Source of the DNA: an uncultured Chloroflexia bacterium
GTDB lineage: Bacteria; Chloroflexota; Limnocylindria; QHBO01
Length of the DNA: 64,000 nucleotides
NCBI GenBank assembly: GCA_963825525.1
Contig: CAWGTN010000002.1
Span: 320,001 to 384,000 of the forward strand
Direction: 5' to 3'
In this document: one piece after another, positions 54,081 through 63,539 of the stretch
Numbering within the stretch: the first letter of the stretch is position 1
How the letters are laid out: every line of letters starts with the position of its first letter
The notes under the pieces: generated by a model
The model's database searches: none
Told to the model about the DNA's origin: nothing
Seen by the model: the letters and a program-made list of their open reading frames with translations, nothing else
Position numbers and translations under genes: made by a program

Positions 54081-54743
54081 TCAGGCCGGGAGATCGAGGC
54101 CGTCGAGCGTCTCGAGCACCTCGGCCGCCCCCGCATCGCGGAGCGCATCGGCGTCGACAGCGGCCCCCGCCAGGACGCCGACCGCGCGCATCCCGGCGGC
54201 CACTGCGGCTCGCATGTCCCAGGTCGAGTCCCCGATGTACCAGCAGCGTTCGGGCGCGACGCCGACCTCGCGTGCGGCGAGCAGCAGGAGATCGGGTGCC
54301 GGCTTGGCATGCTCCACGTGGCTGCCATCGATGACCCGAGGCTCCTGGTCCAGGCCCAGGGCGGCGATCGAGGTGCCGACCTGCTCCCTGCGCGAGGACG
54401 TGGCGATCGCCCAGGTCCAGCCGGCGTCATTCAGGGCGCGGAGCTGCTCACGAGCCCCCGGAAGAGGCCGAGGGGCGCGATTGCGCTCGTCGAAGAGCTC
54501 GCCGCTGCGCCGATCCACGGCCTCTGCCGTCCGGTCATCCATCTCGCGGCCGGCAGCCCTCGCGCCTTCGCGGGCGAGCCGTCTGCCATCGATGCCGATC
54601 ATCGGCTCGACCATCGACCGGGCGACCGGGATGTTGAACTCCTCGAACACGGCAACCCAGGCTTCGATGCGTGCCGGAACGGTGTCGACCAGCGTGCCGT
54701 CGAGGTCGAACAGGACGGCATCGGGGCGAGAAGGGTTCGGCAT
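54081..54743 (-). CDS. HAD family hydrolase
   Basis: FDLDGTLVD, ATSS, KPAPD and IGDS.WD motifs. Confidence 0.92.
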   Translation of the reverse strand: MPNPSRPDAVLFDLDGTLVDTVPARIEAWVAVFEEFNIPVARSMVEPMIGIDGRRLAREGARAAGREMDDRTAEAVDRRSGELFDERNRAPRPLPGAREQLRALNDAGWTWAIATSSRREQVGTSIAALGLDQEPRVIDGSHVEHAKPAPDLLLLAAREVGVAPERCWYIGDSTWDMRAAVAAGMRAVGVLAGAAVDADALRDAGAAEVLETLDGLDLPA

Positions 54744-54763
54744 GGTCGTACGATACCGGGCCG

Positions 54764-55369
54764 ATGACAACGTCGATCGATCCAACGACCCTGGACGCCG
54801 ATCCGATCAGCCAGCTTCGCGCCTGGCTGACGGAGGCCGCGGACGCCGGCGTCGCCCTGCCCACGGCCTTCGCCCTGGCAACCGCCGATGACGAGGGGAT
54901 GCCGTCGGTTCGGTACGTGCTGCTCAACGGCCTCGATGCGGATGGCCTGCGCTACTTCACGTACCGGGGCAGTCGCAAGGGCCGTGATGTGGCCATCAAC
55001 CCGTGGGCGGCCGCCGCCTTCTGGTGGCCGGCGCTCGACCGCCAGGTGCGCGTGAGCGGGTCGATCCGCCTCCTGTCCGATGCCGATTCACTGGCGTACT
55101 GGCGCACACGGCCGCGGGGAAGCCAGCTCTCCGCCAGCATCTCGACCCAGGGCCAGGAAATCGGCTCCCGCGCGGAGCTCGAGGCCCGGGTGGCAGCGCT
55201 GGACGCGGCCAATCCGGGTGAGCTGCCGCTGCCGCCGATGTGGGGCGGATACCTCATCGTCCCGCGCACCTTTGAATTCTGGACGAGCCGTCAGGACCGC
55301 CTGCATGATCGGGTCGAGTATCGGCGCGGGGGTGATGAGAGCTGGACCCGCCGCCGCCTCCAGCCCTAG
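54764..55369 (+). CDS. pdxH: Pyridoxamine 5'-phosphate oxidase
   Basis: LATA, PSVR.VLL, SRKG, RQVRV.G, RPRGSQ, WGGY and EFW....RLHDR motifs. Confidence 0.93.
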   Translation: MTTSIDPTTLDADPISQLRAWLTEAADAGVALPTAFALATADDEGMPSVRYVLLNGLDADGLRYFTYRGSRKGRDVAINPWAAAAFWWPALDRQVRVSGSIRLLSDADSLAYWRTRPRGSQLSASISTQGQEIGSRAELEARVAALDAANPGELPLPPMWGGYLIVPRTFEFWTSRQDRLHDRVEYRRGGDESWTRRRLQP

Positions 55370-55785
55370 GCGGGATCCTCTCCCTCCGGGGGCAGCTCCA
55401 CCTCTCCCTCGTCGGGGAGCTCGACGATCACCGATGCGTGGCGCGGTGACCGGTTGTACGCCACCGCCATCAGCGCGCCGGTGAGCCCGCCGATGAACCC
55501 GGCAATGGCGGCCACCACGACCCCGGTGATCGGGATGACGAGGTACCAGGTGCTGCTGATCCAGCGCAATGCGTCGAGCTGGTCGCCCAGCGGCAGGAGG
55601 CTGCGAGCGACTCCGAGGGTGAAGGCGAGGTCCCGCTGCCAGCCGAGCATGCTCCCGGCCAGCCAGGCCAGCAGCGCGCCGAGGATCGTCCCGAGCACGA
55701 GGCCCAGCGTCGCACCCACCCACCAGCCCGCGCCGAACGAGGCTCGCACCGAGACGCCGGCCAGCCGGCCTCGCACGTGCTTCAT
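55366..55785 (-). CDS. Hypothetical membrane protein (DUF3566-like)
   Basis: Two to three TM helices ending A.YN; start overlaps the GH2 stop. Confidence 0.6.
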   Translation of the reverse strand: MKHVRGRLAGVSVRASFGAGWWVGATLGLVLGTILGALLAWLAGSMLGWQRDLAFTLGVARSLLPLGDQLDALRWISSTWYLVIPITGVVVAAIAGFIGGLTGALMAVAYNRSPRHASVIVELPDEGEVELPPEGEDPA

Positions 55786-58023
55786 CGGGTCCTCGGGGCC
55801 GCGCGGCCACCGCGTCGCGCGAGAACCACGACCGCCGTCGCGAGCGTGAGGATCGTGAACCCGAGCGCATAGGCAAGGTAGAGGGCCAACGTCCATTCGC
55901 CCACCCGGCCGACGGGCGTGGCACGGGCACGATCGATGTCCGGCTCGAGGGCAAGTGCATCTCCGCGGCCACCTGGAGCGTTGAACTCATCGGCGGCGAG
56001 CTCTCCGGCCGGACGTAGCGTGCCGTCAGGCTTGTACAGGCCGAAGTCCTCGACACCGATCCCGGCGATCTGGGTGGCGAAATCGCGCAGCGTCCACCAC
56101 GTCGCGCCGGCCACGAACCCGTATGGACGGTCGCCACGGAGTCTCTCGATCGCCTCATAGGTATCGGCAAAGATCACGCGCTGGCGCTCCTCGTCAAAGG
56201 CTTCATCGGCCCAGCGGCCGAATTCCAGGATCATGATCGGTTTGCCCGGGTTCGCGTCGCGTGCAGCGAACAGTGCCGGGCCCGTGTCGGTGGACGGCTC
56301 ATCCCCGTAGAACACACCGTGATAGAACGTGAAGCCTGCCACGTCGAGCGGCTCGTGCGTCGGGTCGTCCGGCGCCCATCCGTACGCCACCTGCCCGGTG
56401 AGCCGCGTGCCGTCGATCTCGCGATCGATCTCGTGCATGACACGCATCGCCTCGGTCCGCTCCTCCCCGCCGGTCGACTCGTTCGCAAATCCGTGGAACA
56501 GGACCGACGGACGATTCATGTCGCGGAGCGCCATTTCGCGGAGCATCTGCTGCGGTATGCCGCGCCCCAGGGTGCGCTCGAAGATGAGCGGGGTGGCGTG
56601 GTAGAGCGGCACCTCCTCCCACACCGCGAAGCCGAGCCGATCCGCCAGCATGAGGGTCACCGGATCGGCTGGCTCGTGGCCGGTGCGCAGGAGGTCCGCT
56701 CCGACCTCGGCTGCCTGGCGCAGCTTGGCGAGCACATCGTCGGGCGCCTGCGCCGGCGTGCCGCTCAGCAGCTCACCATCAGGCCCGAACTCCAACGTTT
56801 CCGGATGCACGCCGACGCCTCGGAAGAACACCGGCTCACCGTTCAGCAGGACGTGTGGCCCGTCCGGGTCAACGGCAACGTGCCGAATACCGAACGTGGT
56901 CCAGTACTCATCGCGGTCACGCCCCTCGCGCGCGTCAAGCGGCGGGTCGCCGGCGATGAGCTGCACGCGCAGGACGTACAGGGCGGGCACGGCCGGACTC
57001 CAGGCATCGGCGCCGCCGAACTGGAGGGAGAGGGTCGCCTCGCTCACCCCGCCACGCCCGGGGAACTCGATCTGCTGCGCGATCTCGGCGAGCGGATCAC
57101 CGAAGTCGGCGACGAGCGACCGTGGATCGGGGTCGAGGAGGTTCTCATCATTGACCGATGCCGCCAGGATCGTGGCGCGCAGGGTTGCCGTTCCGTTCGC
57201 TGAGACGAGCGTCGGCTCGTCGGACGATCCGCGGCTGCCGGCCAGCGATGCCGCATGCGCCACCAGCACATCGACGTCGACGGCATCCAGATGGGTCACG
57301 ACATCGGCCCTCACGACGTGCGACGCGGCCGATGCCTCCAGCCAGACCGGTCCGGTCAGGCCGCCGTAGTTCCACCAGTCGATGAGTCCCCACGGCACGA
57401 CATCGCTGCGCGTGCCGAGCGGGATGGTGTGAACGCGGACGGCCAGAACATTGGAGCCACCGACGGCGGCGGCTCCACGCGACGTCGAACGCAAACGGCG
57501 TGGTGCCGCCCTCGTGGTACCCGAGCCACGTCCCGTTCAGCCACACATCGGCAACGTAGTTCGCCGATGCGAAGTGCAGGGTCACGGCTCGGCCCGCCCA
57601 GTCGGCGGGAAGCTCGAATGCGTGTCGGTACCAGGCGCCGCCCTCCTCGCCATCGGGTGGCGCGTTCGTTGTCCCGGGCACCGAGATCGTCTCCCACGCC
57701 GCGTCGTCGTGGTCCGTCAGCTGCCGGCCGCCGGCCTCGTCCTCGATGGCGGCCAGCGAGACGTCGCGTGCCTGCATGGTCAGGCGCTGGTCGAGCGCAA
57801 TTCGTTCGACCTTCCAGGTTCCATCAAGGTCGATCCGTGGTCGCGGCTGCCAGTCGAACGAGGGCACCGGAATGCCGTTCTGCATGGCCACCTGGGCACC
57901 GAAGTGCTCCTCGAGGGTCAGGGTCGGCGCCAGCGTGCCCGCGACGCTGGGCGGAAGGCACCCGGCGAGCCCGATCACGACGAGGACCGATACCAGGCCG
58001 ATGCGAAGGAGTGCGGCGCGCAT
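55782..58023 (-). CDS. Glycoside hydrolase family 2 lipoprotein, frameshift near 57475
   Basis: Lipobox LAGC; WYR..F, VWLNG..LG.HEGGTTPF; NYGGL, FGIR, LNGEPVFFRGV, R.GH.P, ANE (acid/base), LEFG (nucleophile); C-terminal TM. Confidence 0.88.
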
Positions 58024-58076
58024 TGGCGGCATCATGGCAGCGCTCGCGGTCCCGTGCAGTCGGGCATACTCCCCGC

Positions 58077-58980
58077 GTGAGTGGGAACGTCCTCGTCATC
58101 GGCTCCATCAACATCGACCTGGTCGTGACGTCCGATCGGCTGCCGCGGCCCGGCGAGACGGTGCTGGGTGGGCGGTTCGCCGTCCACGACGGTGGCAAGG
58201 GCGCAAACCAGGCCGTGGCGGCCGCCCGTGCCGGGGCTCAGGTCACGATGATCGGCGCGGTGGGGACCGATGCGCACGGCGATCGGGCACTTGCGGCTCT
58301 CGACGCAGAGGGAATCGACACGACCCGCATTCGGCGTCTCGACGACCAGCCGACGGGTGTGGCGATCATCGCGGTTGGCCCACGCGGCGAGAACCAGATC
58401 GTGGTGGCTCCGGGCGCCAACGGGACGCTCGCCCTGGATGCCGAAGACCATGCGGCCATCGGCGCGGCCGACGTCCTGCTCACGAACCACGAGATCCCGG
58501 CTGAAGCGTCCCTCGACGCGCTTCGCGCCGCCGCGGCCGCCGGGGTCACCGCCATTCTCAACCCGGCGCCGGCGCGCGCGCTCTCGGCCGAGGTGCTCGC
58601 GCTGGGGCCGATCCTGACGCCGAACGAGCATGAGCTGATCGTGGCCATCGGCAACGATGAGACCGGCGCCGCACTCGACGAGCTGGCCAGCCGCAATCGT
58701 GGCCCGATCGTCGTCACCCAGGGGCCCGCGGGCGCGTTGCTGGCCGATGGGGACCGCCGCGAGCGATTCGAGGGTCGGCCGGCGACGGACGCCGTGGACA
58801 CCACCGGGGCGGGCGACACGTTCTGCGGGGTGCTTGCCGCCTGGCTGGCCCAGGGCCACTCACTCGAGGAAGCGATCAGGGCCGCAAACGCAGCCGCATC
58901 GCTGTCCGTCTCGGCGGCTGGCGCTCGGGACGGTATGCCACGTGCGGGACGCAATTGAGCAGGCGCTCGGCAGGGACTGA
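58077..58980 (+). CDS. rbsK: Ribokinase (PfkB family), indel near 58940
   Basis: GSINIDL, GGKGANQAVAAAR, NPAPA, PNEHE and DTTGAGDTF motifs; natural C-terminus (RDAIEQAL) lies in the frame ending at 58980. Confidence 0.9.
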
Positions 58981-58991
58981 GCTCCGGTCCC

Positions 58992-59423
58992 TCAGGCTGC
59001 CCGCTCGAACGTCACGATCGGGATGATGCGGGTCGTCTTCTTCGGGTACTCCCCGATCCCCGTGTGGGTCGCAACATGCTGATCCCACAACCGCTGGCGC
59101 TCTTCGCCTTGCGGAACCGCGGCCCGTGCGCTGAAGGTCTTGCGATCCACCTCGATGACGGCGGTGGAGTCCTTGCGCAGGTTGTGGAACCACGCCGGAT
59201 GTGTCGGCGCGCCGCCCTTCGAGGCGGTGACCACGTAGCGATCTCCATCCTTCGTGTAGGCCAACGGGATGGTGCGCTGCTCACCCGTCTTCGCGCCAGT
59301 GGTCGTCAGCAGCAGGACCTGCTGACCCGCAAACCATCCCGTGACGGGATGGCCTTCGCGTCGAATCTCGTCCGTCAGGATGCGGGTCGCGCGCTGGTAG
59401 TCGGTTTCAGTCGTCTGGGTCAC
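58992..59423 (-). CDS. Deazaflavin (F420)-dependent nitroreductase family protein (Ddn-like)
   Basis: LLLTTTGAKTG..R..PL, ASKGGAP.HPAW.HNL and Y..KTTR.IP motifs. Confidence 0.9.
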   Translation of the reverse strand: MTQTTETDYQRATRILTDEIRREGHPVTGWFAGQQVLLLTTTGAKTGEQRTIPLAYTKDGDRYVVTASKGGAPTHPAWFHNLRKDSTAVIEVDRKTFSARAAVPQGEERQRLWDQHVATHTGIGEYPKKTTRIIPIVTFERAA

Positions 59424-59443
59424 AGGGATGCCTCGGTCATGTT

Positions 59444-59457
59444 GTTGCATATGCAAC
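59444..59457. promoter_or_regulatory. Perfect palindrome GTTGCATATGCAAC (MarR-type operator)
   Basis: 14-bp AT-rich palindrome 20 nt upstream of the Ddn-like gene. Confidence 0.6.
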
Positions 59458-59544
59458 TATCGTAGCAGACCTGGGAGTCGAGCGCAGAGACACCGCCGCG
59501 GTGGACCCGCGACGGTGCCCTGGCCTACCGGACCGGCCGGTGGC

Positions 59545-60942
59545 CTAGGTGGGGCGGATGTTCTGGTTCAGCCGGAACACGTTTGACGGGTCCCAGCGTG
59601 CCTTGATCTCGGACAATCGGCGGTGGGTCGCCGGCGGGTACGCCTGCCGAATCCGGTCCTCCCCTTCCGCTTCGAGGAAGTTCACGTAGACCCCGGTCGC
59701 GGCCGGCGCCACCTCGGCGAAGTACGCCTCCGTCCAGGCCGTGTCCTCGGCGACCTTGTCCGGGTCGACGTGGATGGTGAAGACCGAGAACATCGCCTTC
59801 GCCTCACGATGCGCGAAGGCCGTTGCATCGGGAGCCACGCGCGCCATCTCACCACCGAAGATCCGGAGCTGGGTGATCCCGGCCATCGGCGTTTCCGTGG
59901 AGCTCATGCGCTCCACGATGGTGGCGATCATGGCGTCATCCAGCTCATCGGCGAAGATCGAGCGCGTCGTGTTCGGCGCGGGCATTCCGCCCTCCTCGGT
60001 GAACTGGTAGATCCCCGGGTAGGGCATCGGCATGACAACGTCCGCGATCGGGGTTGCCAGGCGCCGGAACGGCTCGATCGCCGCCTGGCCCTCGGCCAGG
60101 TCGCCGGCCCATACCAGGGTGACCATCACGCTCGGCGTGCCGACCAGCTCCTCGGGGATGAACGGCGCCGGGGGCGCGCCCATGATGAACGTGATCGTCG
60201 TCAGCTCATCGGGAGCCTCGGCGGCCGCCTTCAGGACGCCATTGAGCACGTCGGTGGAGAGCGGCAGGACGAGCGCCCCCGACAGGGTCTCGCCCACCGG
60301 CACGGCGTCGTACTCGAACCTGGTGACGATGCCGAAATTGCCTCCCCCACCTCGCAGGGCCCAATACAGGTCGGCGTTCTCGGACGCCGATGCGGTGACC
60401 AGCTCAGCCTCGGCGGTGACGACCTCGAAGCTGCGAACGTGGTCGATGGCCAGACCATGCTTGCGCGCGAGGTAGCCGATGCCGCCGCCCAGCGTCAGCC
60501 CGGCGATACCCACGCTCGACGTGTCGCCGAACGGGACGGCCAGGTCGTGCTCGGCGGTTGCGGCTGTGACCTGGCCCGCCGTCAGGCCGGCGCCCGCGAA
60601 GACGGTGCGCGTCTGTGGGTCGATGTGAAGGCCACGAAGGCCGCGCAGGTCGATGACCACGACGCCGTCGCCGGTGCTGTACCCGGCGAGGCTGTGCCCG
60701 CCGCTGCGCACCGCGATGTCCAGATCCGCCTGTCGCGCGAAGGCCACAGCCACCTGGACATCATTGGCATTCGCCGCACGGACGATGGCCGCGGGACGGC
60801 GGTCGTGGAGAAGATTCCAGACCACGCGGGCCTCGTCGTACTCGGCTGATCCGGGAGCCAGGACGTCCCCGGTCAGGGCGTTGGCAAGTTCGGTGAGATC
60901 GGTCGGGACGGTGCGCGCGGACTCGTTGATAACCGGCTGCAT
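59545..60942 (-). CDS. FAD-binding oxidoreductase (BBE/VAO-like)
   Basis: RSGGHS covalent-FAD motif, GLTLGGGIG, WALRGGGGNFG, YVNF and K.RWDP.NVF..NQNI. Confidence 0.93.
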   Translation of the reverse strand: MQPVINESARTVPTDLTELANALTGDVLAPGSAEYDEARVVWNLLHDRRPAAIVRAANANDVQVAVAFARQADLDIAVRSGGHSLAGYSTGDGVVVIDLRGLRGLHIDPQTRTVFAGAGLTAGQVTAATAEHDLAVPFGDTSSVGIAGLTLGGGIGYLARKHGLAIDHVRSFEVVTAEAELVTASASENADLYWALRGGGGNFGIVTRFEYDAVPVGETLSGALVLPLSTDVLNGVLKAAAEAPDELTTITFIMGAPPAPFIPEELVGTPSVMVTLVWAGDLAEGQAAIEPFRRLATPIADVVMPMPYPGIYQFTEEGGMPAPNTTRSIFADELDDAMIATIVERMSSTETPMAGITQLRIFGGEMARVAPDATAFAHREAKAMFSVFTIHVDPDKVAEDTAWTEAYFAEVAPAATGVYVNFLEAEGEDRIRQAYPPATHRRLSEIKARWDPSNVFRLNQNIRPT

Positions 60943-61131
60943 GTGTGGAGAGCTCCTCGGGAGAGTGATCGAATGTTGACCACTGCATCCTTCGGGTTTG
61001 GCCGGGCGTTTCCATCGGCCATCCGGCGCCTTGCGTTGCGGCCGATGGACCGGGGCGTGCCTACGTCAGGTGTCGCGCGATGGCAGGGTTGCGAGTCGGG
61101 TCCGCGAGCTGCTCCAGCTTCTGCGCCTGGC

Positions 61132-61557
61132 TCAGGCCGACTCTGCCGCCCGCTTCATGCCCTCGGCCTCGAGGTTCATGTAGTCGTTGGTCAGGTTCTT
61201 GTAGAACAGGGCGATGATCGGGATGAGGAAGCCGCGCATGTCGAGCGTGAGCGTCAGGCGTGACCGGTCCTCTCCGAGCGCTTCCACGCGGTGGCCGGCG
61301 ACGCTGGTGATCGCGCGCGTCGTCTGTGTCCACTCGAAGTAGGAAGGCGCGTCCCAGGCCGTGATGTCCCAGGTGCCCTCGGGTAGCTTTTGGCTGCTTG
61401 AGTCGCACGCGGCTGCCCTTGGTGAGCGGCGCAGGCGTTTCAGGAGCTCGACGGTGTCGACGGTCTCGATGCGCTGCGGCCAGGCCTCGAGGTCGCTGAG
61501 CACGTCCCAGACACGCTGCTGAGGGGAAGCGATCTCGATCGACTTCTCAAACGGCAT
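61132..61557 (-). CDS. SRPBCC (polyketide cyclase) family protein with a compensated internal frameshift
   Basis: SIEIASP...VWDVLSDLEAWP...EAEGMKRAAE; the expected PAPLTKGSRVRLKQP segment lies in another frame at about 61390-61440. Confidence 0.8.
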   Translation of the reverse strand: MPFEKSIEIASPQQRVWDVLSDLEAWPQRIETVDTVELLKRLRRSPRAAACDSSSQKLPEGTWDITAWDAPSYFEWTQTTRAITSVAGHRVEALGEDRSRLTLTLDMRGFLIPIIALFYKNLTNDYMNLEAEGMKRAAESA

Positions 61558-61675
61558 GTCGGGGCTGGCGAAACCCTCGCCGCGACAATTGCGTCTGTGG
61601 CGAGGCAAGTGGGTTCGCGAGTTGATGGACGAAACTGCCCAACCAAGTGATCCACTTCGTGCGTAGGGAGAGCCC

Positions 61676-62305
61676 GTGAGCCAGATGCGGATAGTGGCGC
61701 TGCTCGCTGTTGCCTTGCTCACGGCGTGCGCAGAAGTGTCACCAGCGCCATCACCTCGGATCATTTATGGCCTCCGGCCCGAGTACGACCTCGAAGGCCT
61801 TCTGATTCAGTCGGAGGTGATCGCTGTGGTCGACGTCATCAATTCGCGCGACCGCATCAACAACGCCTTCAACAGACCCATCGACCGGACTCGCGATCTC
61901 ATTTTCCAAGATTCGCAACTTGAGGCGACCGTGACAATCCGAGGCTCCGCGCCGACTCAGGTTCGTCAGACAGGCGGGAAGGTGGGTGACTTTGAGATGC
62001 GAATCGACGGATCGCAGCTCTTGGAGTCGGGCGAGCGTTACCTGCTATTTCTCACCGACTGGCTGTGGAATGAGGATGGCGCAATCATCCCTGCCATTGG
62101 CATCACCGGGGGAAACGCGGGCATTTTCACGTGGAATGGCTCCAGCTGGGTCAATGACGTGGGCCTGACTGTCACTGCCAAGCAGCTAGCGGAGCAGGTG
62201 GTGCTTCACCCGAATGATCCATCCGCGGGTATGCCCCTCACGCCCGAACAGCTTGCCGGTTGGCAGGAGTTCATCAGCCCGACGGCCGATCCCGCGTTAC
62301 CCTAG
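61676..62305 (+). CDS. Hypothetical lipoprotein with lower GC content
   Basis: Lipobox LTAC; GGGAG RBS; GG.VG...G...L..GERYLLFL pattern. Confidence 0.65.
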   Translation: MSQMRIVALLAVALLTACAEVSPAPSPRIIYGLRPEYDLEGLLIQSEVIAVVDVINSRDRINNAFNRPIDRTRDLIFQDSQLEATVTIRGSAPTQVRQTGGKVGDFEMRIDGSQLLESGERYLLFLTDWLWNEDGAIIPAIGITGGNAGIFTWNGSSWVNDVGLTVTAKQLAEQVVLHPNDPSAGMPLTPEQLAGWQEFISPTADPALP

Positions 62306-62460
62306 AACTCGTGCCAGGAAGGTGGGCAATGTCGTTCCACCTGCCCGCGTCTCCTAGCTTCATCGCCCGCCCTTTGGTTATGAAGGTGTAGGGCGTTGAG
62401 TCGACGTCAGCAAGGCATCGCCATCGCAGAACGAGGGTGACTCATGGGTGGAGGCGAGGT

Positions 62461-62537
62461 TGGTGGGCGACACTGGACTCGAACCAGTGACCTCTTGCAT
62501 GTCAAGCAAGTGCTCTAACCAGCTGAGCTAGCCGCCC
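62461..62537 (-). tRNA. tRNA-Val (GAC)
   Basis: GGGCGGCTAGCTCAGCTGGTTAGAGCACTTGCTTGACATGCAAGAGGTCACTGGTTCGAGTCCAGTGTCGCCCACCA: 77-nt cloverleaf, GAC anticodon, encoded CCA. Confidence 0.97.
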
Positions 62538-62630
62538 GCGCAGATGCGCTCAAAGAGCCGAAACCGATCCTAGCAGAATCGCATTTCGGGCACGAATCTA
62601 GAATCCGCCTTCGTCCGACGACGTCTCCCC

Positions 62631-63131
62631 TCAGAGCCCCTGTCGCGACCTGCGCCGCCACATTGCCAGCGTCAACGCTCCGGCCAGCGCGGCAAGCCCG
62701 ATGACGAACGTCTGCGAACCGTTACTTGGCGGGACGGCGGTGTCGGGTTGCGCCGAGGGCGTGGGACTGCCGACGGTGAATGTCACCTCGCCCTCGACAG
62801 TATCGCCGTCCTCCGCCACCACCGCGTAGGCCACGGTGTACGTTCCGGCCGCTGTGGCGGTGACATCGGCGCGAAGCACGTTGCGCTCGGCAACATCCAG
62901 GTCCAGGGAGCCCGTGCCGACGGTCGCGCCCGTCGCATCGGTCACGGTGAAGGCCGATTCGGCCGACACCTCACCTTGGAACGTCAGCACCACCTCCGAT
63001 GGAGGTGCATCGAGCTGGGCACCATCGGCCGGACTCGACTCCGCGAGCTCGGTGTGGGCGAGCGTCGCGGCCGGGACGCCAAACGCGAGCGCAAGGGCCA
63101 ACGAGGCTGGCAGGAATGAACGAAGACGCAT
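62631..63131 (-). CDS. copC: CopC family copper-binding protein with C-terminal anchor
   Basis: Signal peptide then H1 (AHTEL..SSPADG), V.LTF, G.YTV.Y.VV..DG...G...F; tail QPDTA, TM, RRRSR. Confidence 0.85.
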   Translation of the reverse strand: MRLRSFLPASLALALAFGVPAATLAHTELAESSPADGAQLDAPPSEVVLTFQGEVSAESAFTVTDATGATVGTGSLDLDVAERNVLRADVTATAAGTYTVAYAVVAEDGDTVEGEVTFTVGSPTPSAQPDTAVPPSNGSQTFVIGLAALAGALTLAMWRRRSRQGL

Positions 63132-63203
63132 CGGCAAACAGGACCTTCGAGAGCGGGTGTCCCGTTCAGCGTAGCGCGTGACCGTCCGACCGTCCGCGGA
63201 CGC

Positions 63204-63464
63204 TCAGCGCTCCCAGTCGCTCGCGTGCGGGATGGCCGATGCGAGCACGCGGGCGATCTCACCGCGGTAGCGAGCCCCCGACGGGTGACGCGCCAGCCAG
63301 TGGAGGTAGTCCGGATCGGCCTCGGCGAGCTCCTGGATCGTGCGACCGGCGTGATGTCCGAAGTCGATCCGCGTGACATCGAAGCTGGACCCATGGCCGG
63401 GCCCGACGGGCACGGAGGCATCGCCATCGATCTCGAATGCGCGGGGATCCTGTTGATCCGCCAT
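63204..63464 (-). CDS. Small hypothetical protein with an FG.H.G...I.E....DPDYL.WL motif (DUF3820-like)
   Basis: Motif as stated; GGAG RBS before ATG 63464. Confidence 0.65.
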   Translation of the reverse strand: MADQQDPRAFEIDGDASVPVGPGHGSSFDVTRIDFGHHAGRTIQELAEADPDYLHWLARHPSGARYRGEIARVLASAIPHASDWER

Positions 63465-63539
63465 GGTGGCTCCGCAAGTGCTTGTTCGTGTGGCGAGCAT
63501 CCTATCCCGCGCGGTGACGGCCGGCAACACCTTTCGCTC

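Noticed and set aside
61011-61049. TCCATCGGCC-N19-GGCCGATGGA inverted repeat as a mobile element end or ncRNA
   Set aside because: Single copy in an intergenic region; most likely a terminator or operator, with nothing further to support it.
61560-62537. Prophage or integrative element at tRNA-Val
   Set aside because: No integrase, no phage genes and no convincing duplication of the tRNA 3' end.
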